Positions 8,347-15,112 of a DNA stretch of 20,000 nt are shown one piece after another. Position 1 is the first letter of the stretch; the number at the start of each line of letters is the position of its first letter. Source of the DNA: an uncultured virus (IMG/VR IMGVR_UViG_3300031418_000012) (Duplodnaviria; Heunggongvirae; Uroviricota; Caudoviricetes); IMG/VR virus record IMGVR_UViG_3300031418_000012; one strand, 5' to 3'. The translations under genes were made by a program, and so were the position numbers. Under the pieces are notes generated by a model, which was given only the letters and a program-made list of their open reading frames with translations, searched no databases and was not told the DNA's origin.

Positions 8347-8772
8347 TTATTTTATTTCCATATACTGCGTAACAGCTTTAATGATACTATTACACATACG
8401 TTCAGTTAAGTACAATTCACAATCTTCTACGTCAATATACATAAACTTATCCAGTTCAGGCTTTTCTTGACCGTAACGATTGGTATAAGTACTTAAACAT
8501 TCTAAATCTTCAATCTCAGGCTTTTCAGGTGCAGTATAGAAGAAAAGAACCAGGCGTTTTCCTTTCCTATAAGAGACTTCGCCAATTAAATGCAAATCTT
8601 CTTCAGAAATGGAAAAGCCCGTTTCTTCATAACACTCTCTAACTGCTGCCTCTGCATACGTCTCTCCTTCTTCAGTTTTACCTTTAGGGAGATCCCAATG
8701 AGATTGACCAGTTGTATGTCCTATAAGTATCTGACCGTCGCGGTAAAAAATTATTCCACATGTATGACGCAT
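8347..8772 (-). CDS. Nudix hydrolase (T4 NudE-like)
   Basis: Nudix box GKTEEGETYAEAAVRECYEETG; WDLPKG; C-terminal PELD. Confidence 0.92.
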   Translation of the reverse strand: MRHTCGIIFYRDGQILIGHTTGQSHWDLPKGKTEEGETYAEAAVRECYEETGFSISEEDLHLIGEVSYRKGKRLVLFFYTAPEKPEIEDLECLSTYTNRYGQEKPELDKFMYIDVEDCELYLTERMCNSIIKAVTQYMEIK

Positions 8773-8804
8773 ATGAATTTCCTACTAAATTATCAGATAC
8801 CTAT

Positions 8805-8833
8805 AATATACCACATTTTTTCTAACCGTTTCA
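8805..8833 (-). promoter_or_regulatory. Putative promoter, class B (TGAAAC-N17-TATATT, extended -10)
   Basis: TGAAAC GGTTAGAAAAAATGTGG TATATT; same architecture as 14830-14858. Confidence 0.65.
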
Positions 8834-8836
8834 GAT

Positions 8837-9952
8837 TTATGCAAACATCTTTTTGATTTCAGTTAGTTGAATGCCCTTAACATACGTGCGAATATTAGCA
8901 GCTTCAAGTTTACCAGTTTTAACCATCTCCTGAATATCACCAACTGGTGCATCAGTGAATCGATCAAATACTTTTACCATAAGGTCTTCGAGTTCATTAT
9001 CCATTTCACGACGAATAATAAAGTACTGAGTTACCTTATAAAGAAAATCTTCACCACCATTGTTTTTGATGTTCATTAGACTGAAGATTTCTACCATTTC
9101 TTCAGGCTTCTTCTTCCTGAACTTAATTAAATTCTCAGAATGAAGCTTGACAAAGTTACTGAACTTAACCATACGTGCAGGTAGTTTAATTGCACCTACA
9201 ATATAATCTTTGTCTGCCTGCATATTCGAAAGAATTACCGACCAGATATACTCGTCACGATATTCCTGAGTACTTGTCTCAGCAATTACATCAATTAGAT
9301 CTAGCTCTTTCTGTGTTGCAGAGAAACCAGGTAGTAGTACAGTTAATGCACCAATACTTTTCAAGTACTTCAAAAAGATACTTGGTTTAGCTTCAGAAAA
9401 TGCCTTTTCAAATTCGACATAAACACGTTCTTTAGTAAGATGGTTAATTTCACCGGAAGAAACCATAGTACGTACCATATCATCGGTATCTTTGTGTACT
9501 TTGAAATCTGGATAACGAGCCGCGAAACGTGCCAGACGCAATACACGAAGTGGATCTTCTTTGAATGCTTCGGAGACATGCTTAAGTACTTTATTCTTTA
9601 AGTCATCTTTGCCGTTATATGGGTCAACGTGAGTCTTTGTCACAATATCCCATGCAATGGCATTGATAGTTAGGTCGCGACGATACAAATCCTGCTCTAA
9701 TGTAACACCCTGAGTTTCAACGGTGAAACCATCATATCCAGTACCTGTTTTACGTTCGATGCGAGCAAGTGCATACTCATCACCATCAGGTGAAAGAAAC
9801 ACTGGAAAATCTGCACCTACTTGTTTGTAACCGATACTTTCAAGATAAGTAATATCTTTTGGTTTAGCACCAACGAGTACATAGTCTTTATCTTTAGGCT
9901 GTAGACCTAGTAGTTTGTCACGTACAAAACCACCTACAATATATTTTTTCAT
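8837..9952 (-). CDS. cca: tRNA nucleotidyltransferase (class II CCA-adding enzyme), no HD motif
   Basis: VGGFVRD...DKDY, VGADFPVF, EYALAR, RRDLTINAIA, EDPLRVLRLARF, ERVYVE. Confidence 0.93.
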   Translation of the reverse strand: MKKYIVGGFVRDKLLGLQPKDKDYVLVGAKPKDITYLESIGYKQVGADFPVFLSPDGDEYALARIERKTGTGYDGFTVETQGVTLEQDLYRRDLTINAIAWDIVTKTHVDPYNGKDDLKNKVLKHVSEAFKEDPLRVLRLARFAARYPDFKVHKDTDDMVRTMVSSGEINHLTKERVYVEFEKAFSEAKPSIFLKYLKSIGALTVLLPGFSATQKELDLIDVIAETSTQEYRDEYIWSVILSNMQADKDYIVGAIKLPARMVKFSNFVKLHSENLIKFRKKKPEEMVEIFSLMNIKNNGGEDFLYKVTQYFIIRREMDNELEDLMVKVFDRFTDAPVGDIQEMVKTGKLEAANIRTYVKGIQLTEIKKMFA

Positions 9953-9963
9953 TTCATTTCCTG

Positions 9964-10284
9964 TTATTCAAAAAAGCCGCCGCCGCGACGATATTTTTCG
10001 TATGTTGGTACTTTTCGGCAGTCACCGACAAACCGAGATGGAGGGGGTTCTGGTGGCGTAGGTGGTGGCGGTACTGGTTCAAGATTAAGTACTTCGTCAT
10101 TGAGTATTTCACCCCAAAAACCCGTTAATGTTTCACGCTTTGGTGGATTACTCTTTCCAAGATCTCCTTTAGGAGATTTACCACCAAGTACATGTGCAGT
10201 CCCTGATAAGTGGTCATATACAATCGTTCGTGTATAATCATCACCACCATAATATTCATCAAACATATCAATGTCCATTGCCAT
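9964..10284 (-). CDS. Hypothetical proline-rich protein
   Basis: 106 aa with PVPPPPTPPEPPP; overlaps the upstream gene in operon fashion. Confidence 0.65.
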   Translation of the reverse strand: MAMDIDMFDEYYGGDDYTRTIVYDHLSGTAHVLGGKSPKGDLGKSNPPKRETLTGFWGEILNDEVLNLEPVPPPPTPPEPPPSRFVGDCRKVPTYEKYRRGGGFFE

Positions 10285-10678
10285 TGTTTAAGCACTCCGT
10301 AACAATGATGTTTCCCCAAAAACTTGTTGCCAAAGCTGATAGCTTTTCACGCTGAATTCTTTCGTTCTTTAACTGATCGAGAGTTTTCCTTTTTCTTTCG
10401 GCGTCGGTATTGTTATCAATCCAAATAGAGGAACTATTATAATAATCATTATTGTGGTTTTTGAATCGTGTCATGTCATATCCATGAACACGTAGTTCAT
10501 CCTTTATAACCTCATAAACATGATTATGAGATTCCATATGATGAGTTTCGATGAATTTCTTCATAGACATTGCATTAGGCATAGCAACATTTAAGTCACC
10601 ATGCTCAATAAGATACATATCCCCAGGACTTCCATAGAAACTAACTTTTAAATCATAAATTCTGAAAGTTGAACTCAT
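10268..10678 (-). CDS. Hypothetical protein
   Basis: 136-aa ORF, first gene after the promoter at 10733-10761. Confidence 0.7.
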   Translation of the reverse strand: MSSTFRIYDLKVSFYGSPGDMYLIEHGDLNVAMPNAMSMKKFIETHHMESHNHVYEVIKDELRVHGYDMTRFKNHNNDYYNSSSIWIDNNTDAERKRKTLDQLKNERIQREKLSALATSFWGNIIVTECLNNGNGH

Positions 10679-10698
10679 AAATTAATTCCAATTAAAAT

Positions 10699-10730
10699 AA
10701 AAAAAGGACAGAGCATTTCTGCCTGTCCTT
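10699..10730 (-). terminator. Intrinsic terminator after lysozyme gene
   Basis: AAGGACAG(GC)...(GC)TCTGTCCTT followed by a T run. Confidence 0.75.
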
Positions 10731-10732
10731 AT

Positions 10733-10763
10733 AATGTATCAGTTTTTTACAGTACTGTCAAGC
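10733..10763 (-). promoter_or_regulatory. Sigma70-type promoter, class A
   Basis: GC-TTGACA-N17-TACATT with TG extension (CTGATACATT). Confidence 0.75.
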
Positions 10764-10768
10764 ACTTT

Positions 10769-11698
10769 TTAAATACTACTTAACAATAAATCAACTCGGT
10801 TGCCACCTACTTGATTGTACCAGAGAGAATTTTTAATCTCTCTCTTGAAACGATGCGAGTTGCTATTTTCTACACTTTTCCAGAGTTTATTAAACTTGGA
10901 TAGTTTATCGCAGCCCATTGTATACGCCATTTCAAACAGAACACGTTGCTGATCTAATGTCAGGTCAACGGCCTTTTTACGCTGTAAAAGTAGTACGAAG
11001 TCGTTCTTTGTACGTTGCATATCTTGCAGAAGCATACTATGTGCTAATGCTTTACTGATGCCATTACGGTACTTTGCTGCGTCTTTCTCGCCCTTCCCTA
11101 AGTAATGACCATAACCGATTGTAAAATGACCGGTACTGTCACGATATGGGTAGAACTTTCCATTTTTGAAAGATGGACCAACTTTACCGCCAAGCAACTT
11201 CCGTTTAATTACTGCTTGGGATTCGCTTGTACCCTCTGCTTTTTTGAGATGGTCAATCATGGTCTTATCCGTAATATCAATCACTTGACTGAGATCCGGT
11301 AAAACAACTGACTTCAAATCATCATCACTAGGGATGTCAAACATTGTACCTGGATGCATCACTACATCTTTATTAACCACTTGTAAAACTTTGACGTATT
11401 CTTTTACCTCAACGTTTACTGGTTTAATTTTAGTTGCCACAGTCCATAGACTATCACCACTAAGTACTTTGTATTGCTTTCTGCTTTCAGTTAGTTCAGC
11501 ATCACTCTGAACGACTGGCGGTTGCGTTTGAATTTTTACTACTGGTTCTGTTTGTACCACTGCCTCTACTGAGACTAATGATGTAGTACGATCATGTGAG
11601 ATAAAACCTAATCCAAATGCAGCGGCAAGCAACGTAAAACCTACTAAGACATGTTTCAACTTAGCACGAGTTTTGAGTTCTTGTATCGCTTTATACAA
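10769..11698 (-). CDS. Membrane-anchored LysM + T4-type (GH24) lysozyme
   Basis: Basic N-terminus then hydrophobic helix VLVGFTLLAAAFGLGFI; LysM YKVLSGDSLWTVA...MHPGTMFDIP; lysozyme AEG...YRDSTGHFTIGYGH, EMAYTMG, SLWYNQVGGNRV. TTG start with SD AAGGAG. Confidence 0.88.
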   Translation of the reverse strand: MYKAIQELKTRAKLKHVLVGFTLLAAAFGLGFISHDRTTSLVSVEAVVQTEPVVKIQTQPPVVQSDAELTESRKQYKVLSGDSLWTVATKIKPVNVEVKEYVKVLQVVNKDVVMHPGTMFDIPSDDDLKSVVLPDLSQVIDITDKTMIDHLKKAEGTSESQAVIKRKLLGGKVGPSFKNGKFYPYRDSTGHFTIGYGHYLGKGEKDAAKYRNGISKALAHSMLLQDMQRTKNDFVLLLQRKKAVDLTLDQQRVLFEMAYTMGCDKLSKFNKLWKSVENSNSHRFKREIKNSLWYNQVGGNRVDLLLSSI

Positions 11699-11816
11699 AA
11701 TTTCTCCTTATTACACATTTTGGTGCTTCTTCTGCGTAACTCGGACGTATTGTAATAATGCGGCCTTATTTGCACAAAGTCGCTCTTGGACTTTCTACGA
11801 TAGTACTAGAAAAGTA

Positions 11817-12404
11817 CTATTTCGAAATTTTATGTTCTCTACTGAAAATCAACTTCTCTATATCAAACATATTAAGTTGTTCTTCAGTAGCTGTCAACGA
11901 AATTGAACCCAAATCGTTGAGGTCGCATTCGTTTATACCAACGCTCATAAATTCATCAATACTTTGAAGCATATGAGGTGGTACGATTTGTGACATTATA
12001 GGCTGGTATTTATCATAAGTCAATGAAAATTCTAGTAACTTAGGTTCAACCACCTTGAAGCCGTCACGCACTGCTTGATGTAAAATTGATTTAAACCACT
12101 TGATATTTTCTTCAGAATCAGGTTGGTAAATGATTTCTTCTGCTATATTCCTGTGTACTGGTATAGTAGTATACGGTGTTAATCGTAGTTCTTGAATTAC
12201 AAAACGATTAATATCAAAGTAGACATTCACATTTCGTGATAGTCTTTGTTTATCAATCAAATAATTATATGCTTCACCATAATTATTGAATGTAATTCCC
12301 AAGTTGGAATGTACTATGTCGCCTATAGGAGAAATGTTTTGTACGTAACCATGAGCTGGATCAAGTATTTTAAAGTAATGTTCAATCATGATAAGTTCGT
12401 CCAA
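11817..12404 (-). CDS. Hypothetical protein
   Basis: 195-aa ORF; no motif recognised; start may be a few codons downstream. Confidence 0.7.
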   Translation of the reverse strand: MDELIMIEHYFKILDPAHGYVQNISPIGDIVHSNLGITFNNYGEAYNYLIDKQRLSRNVNVYFDINRFVIQELRLTPYTTIPVHRNIAEEIIYQPDSEENIKWFKSILHQAVRDGFKVVEPKLLEFSLTYDKYQPIMSQIVPPHMLQSIDEFMSVGINECDLNDLGSISLTATEEQLNMFDIEKLIFSREHKISK

Positions 12405-12807
12405 TAGTTATGTGAAATTCTGGATATATTGGAAGACCCAATTCACGACGAAGTTCTACTAATTCTTCACATTCAAAGTTAATTATGAAGAAATGGCCTG
12501 GATTTTTACGGTCTTTTATCTGAAGAACGTTAGGGTAAAATCTGATTTTTACTTTCTTTCTGTGATACTTTTTCCACAAATGAATATGTTCATCATCAGG
12601 TTTTTCACCACGCACAATACTTACGTGTGCACCCCAGGCAGGCATATCTAAATGAATATGTTTTTCAGTTCTAACAAAGTACTGATAGTATCTTACTAAG
12701 TCATTAGGCAATTGTAAGACACACCAATACTCTGTTCTTTTTTTCATATCTTTCCGGTCAGGATCATATTCAAGATACCCGTCCAGTTCGATGTATTCGG
12801 TAGTCAC
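12382..12807 (-). CDS. 2H phosphoesterase superfamily protein
   Basis: Two HxS/T motifs (AHVSIV, FHITIG) about 70 aa apart; GTG start with SD AGGTGAG. Confidence 0.75.
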   Translation of the reverse strand: MTTEYIELDGYLEYDPDRKDMKKRTEYWCVLQLPNDLVRYYQYFVRTEKHIHLDMPAWGAHVSIVRGEKPDDEHIHLWKKYHRKKVKIRFYPNVLQIKDRKNPGHFFIINFECEELVELRRELGLPIYPEFHITIGRTYHD

Positions 12808-12822
12808 AACTCACCTATAAAA

Positions 12823-12963
12823 TTAAAGACCAAAAATCTTTGCAACAGATGCAACAAATGCACCGACAATAACAGTACTAACTGTAGTTAGAATAGGGTT
12901 AACAGCAAATGAAATTTTATACATCATTACTGCACCGATTATGTTGTTTCTAATTGATTTCAT
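12823..12963 (-). CDS. Small membrane protein (46 aa, below ORF-track cutoff)
   Basis: MKSIRNNIIGAVMMYKISFAVNPILTTVSTVIVGAFVASVAKIFGL; fills the gap between neighbours. Confidence 0.7.
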   Translation of the reverse strand: MKSIRNNIIGAVMMYKISFAVNPILTTVSTVIVGAFVASVAKIFGL

Positions 12964-12964
12964 T

Positions 12965-13165
12965 TTATTCTTCCCAATAACTAATAGCTTCTTTTACTGC
13001 TTCTTCTGGTGAAACAGAAGTCCAATCCAACAACTCATCATCAATCCACGGTGATAATTCACCTTGGACTGTACTAAACCAATGTTCAGAAGGTGAATCA
13101 ATAGATTTTAAAAATACAATAAAATGATATGCAAAATGCATTTTCCATTCTTCAAACGTAGACAT
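12965..13165 (-). CDS. Hypothetical Trp-rich acidic protein (66 aa; start re-set to ATG 13165)
   Basis: SD AAGGA before MSTFEEW; the longer start lies inside a terminator; ends SPEEAVKEAISYWEE. Confidence 0.7.
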   Translation of the reverse strand: MSTFEEWKMHFAYHFIVFLKSIDSPSEHWFSTVQGELSPWIDDELLDWTSVSPEEAVKEAISYWEE

Positions 13166-13185
13166 ATTATTAATTCCTTTTAAAT

Positions 13186-13212
13186 AAAAAAGCCCCACCG
13201 AAGTGAGGCTTT
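13186..13212 (-). terminator. Intrinsic terminator with cUUCGg tetraloop
   Basis: AAAGCCTCAC-TTCG-GTGGGGCTTTTTT. Confidence 0.9.
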
Positions 13213-13219
13213 GTGCCTA

Positions 13220-14737
13220 TTAACCTAGCACTTGATAGCGTGGACTATCGATAGTGCGTAGCATAACTTGTACTGGATCAACATCCTCACCGCTTAGAAC
13301 TGCTTCTAATACGCTTGGGCTGAATCCACTTACTAGTGCAACACCATTGGTATCGAACTTAACTGGATTGTTACCAGGACGAGCATTTAGGTTCCAGAAT
13401 ACAACTACTGGTAGTTCATATCCTGCACGTGCAAAGTCAGCTTTCGCAGACTCATACGCAGTTGCATTCCATCCACCAGAGTTATAGTGATTGAATTCCA
13501 TGTCAGATAGAACAATTAAGTTCTCTGGCATTTGGTCTGCTGGTACTTGTTGCTGTACAGCAACTTCTAATACCTTTTTGAAAGCCAAACCAATATCTGT
13601 GCTGCCTGACCAGTACTGACCACCTTGATAGCGTTCCAAGTCAAACTTTTTCTCTGCAATGTTTGAACCCTTAAGTTCAAAGATTTGTGGACGAGTGCTG
13701 AAGTTCAAGAATAGATCTTTAAAAGCACCTTCTTGTTTATCTGCAATGTACAAACCTAGAGAAATTGCAACATCCATACAGGTCATGCGTGTAGCACCTG
13801 CGGTTGTACCCATAGAACCAGAGGTATCTACCATAGGAATAGCTTTCGCATCACCCATGAAGTTACGTAGTGCTTCCCATTGTGCTACAGCTAGTGTAGT
13901 ACTTGATGGGTTACGACGATCTAACTTGGTAGTTACGTCATATGGATATAGTGCACCTGCGTTTACCTTAGCTTCACCTTTTTCAAGAGATGCTAGATAT
14001 TCACGATAACGACCTTCGTCACGTTTCATGAATGCTGGTAGATAACGAGAACTAGCAACTGATGGTAGCTTGTTGTAATCAATATCAGACCATTCGTTAG
14101 CACACATCTTTTGTTCAACAGTGTTGCTCAAAGAAGATAGTAGCTTACGGTATTCACGTTCATTGATGTTCATCACACCCATGATTTCACGTGCGATTTT
14201 GTTGTTTGCTGCACGGTTTTTGTTTGCCGTGGTATTCATGTTCACAACACCTTGTGCGTTCTTTTTGAACTTATAGACGCGTGGCATCCATTTTGCACAA
14301 AGACCATTACCAGAAGTTAGTGCTTCTGCAATTGCTGTGTATGCAACAGTTTTCGCTGCTGCGGTTTTGAAGATTAGTAGATCATCCCAACGACCGAATT
14401 CTGCAAGTACAGGAATAATACGTAGAACATCTTGTGGATGTTTAACTTCCAAGTACTTTAGTAGTTCACGTGGGGTATTACGCTCACCTGCACCACCGCG
14501 AATATCACGTGCCCAAAGAATCATTTGCAATGCTAAGGTTGAGTTAGCTGCATATGCTGCATCGAAACTTGCTTTATAAGCATTAAGATCTTTATTACGT
14601 AGAGAACCAATAATAAAGAACAAATCCACTAGTGGATTTAGTGTACTTTTAAGTGAGTTTCCGCCGTTTGCGGTTTTCGCACGGTTTTGGGTTTCAGGTG
14701 TGTTGGTGTTGTTTACTGCGTTTTTAAATGCTGACAT
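13220..14737 (-). CDS. TROVE/Ro-like helical + vWA domain protein (DUF2828-like)
   Basis: ARDIRGGAGER, FGRWDDLL, AKWMPR, VNAGALYPYD; MIDAS DTSGSM, GSTD, LSDMEF, VFWNL, VSGFS. Confidence 0.85.
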   Translation of the reverse strand: MSAFKNAVNNTNTPETQNRAKTANGGNSLKSTLNPLVDLFFIIGSLRNKDLNAYKASFDAAYAANSTLALQMILWARDIRGGAGERNTPRELLKYLEVKHPQDVLRIIPVLAEFGRWDDLLIFKTAAAKTVAYTAIAEALTSGNGLCAKWMPRVYKFKKNAQGVVNMNTTANKNRAANNKIAREIMGVMNINEREYRKLLSSLSNTVEQKMCANEWSDIDYNKLPSVASSRYLPAFMKRDEGRYREYLASLEKGEAKVNAGALYPYDVTTKLDRRNPSSTTLAVAQWEALRNFMGDAKAIPMVDTSGSMGTTAGATRMTCMDVAISLGLYIADKQEGAFKDLFLNFSTRPQIFELKGSNIAEKKFDLERYQGGQYWSGSTDIGLAFKKVLEVAVQQQVPADQMPENLIVLSDMEFNHYNSGGWNATAYESAKADFARAGYELPVVVFWNLNARPGNNPVKFDTNGVALVSGFSPSVLEAVLSGEDVDPVQVMLRTIDSPRYQVLG

Positions 14738-14829
14738 TATATCTTCCTTTCAGAAATGGATTAATTTTATGTTGACACACTTCTTTTTAAATCTTATTGA
14801 TTGTGCGTACAAGCTCATTCAATACGATT

Positions 14830-14858
14830 ATTATACCACATTTTATTTTTCTGTTTCA
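14830..14858 (-). promoter_or_regulatory. Putative promoter, class B (TGAAAC-N17-TATAAT, extended -10)
   Basis: TGAAAC AGAAAAATAAAATGTGG TATAAT, between a terminator and the TROVE gene. Confidence 0.7.
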
Positions 14859-14870
14859 TTTTTCTCAATT

Positions 14871-14893
14871 AAAAACAGCACCTTTCGGTGCTG
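14871..14893 (-). terminator. Intrinsic terminator with GAAA tetraloop
   Basis: CAGCACC-GAAA-GGTGCTG-TTTTT. Confidence 0.9.
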
Positions 14894-14898
14894 CTACA

Positions 14899-15108
14899 TC
14901 AGTATGTTTTACAATGAGGCTTGAATGCAGTCATTACATTTGAATCGTCAAAGCTAAACGGATTGAATGAGTTTGAGTTAGCAATATCTTTATTCATATG
15001 CTCTACTACTTTCTCACAAACTTCAGAACTTGGCATAGGAACTACATGAATTTCACTATAACCACCATAGCTTAACGATACGTAAAATAGAAATGTTGCT
15101 AAACCCAT
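14899..15108 (-). CDS. Small hypothetical protein, hydrophobic N-terminus, two Cys
   Basis: 69 aa; PMPSSEVCE...HC pattern; SD GAGGA. Confidence 0.65.
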   Translation of the reverse strand: MGLATFLFYVSLSYGGYSEIHVVPMPSSEVCEKVVEHMNKDIANSNSFNPFSFDDSNVMTAFKPHCKTY

Positions 15109-15112
15109 AATA

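Noticed and set aside
10040..10080. GGT/GGC-rich short repeat
   Set aside because: Simply encodes the poly-proline tract.
9370..11967. Nested minus-strand ORFs 9370..9579, 10125..10319 and 11758..11967
   Set aside because: Alternate frames inside or opposite better-supported genes; no independent evidence.
14738..14898. Y RNA gene next to the Ro-like gene
   Set aside because: The space is explained by terminator, promoter and leader; no Y RNA Ro-binding stem or tRNA-like module is recognisable.
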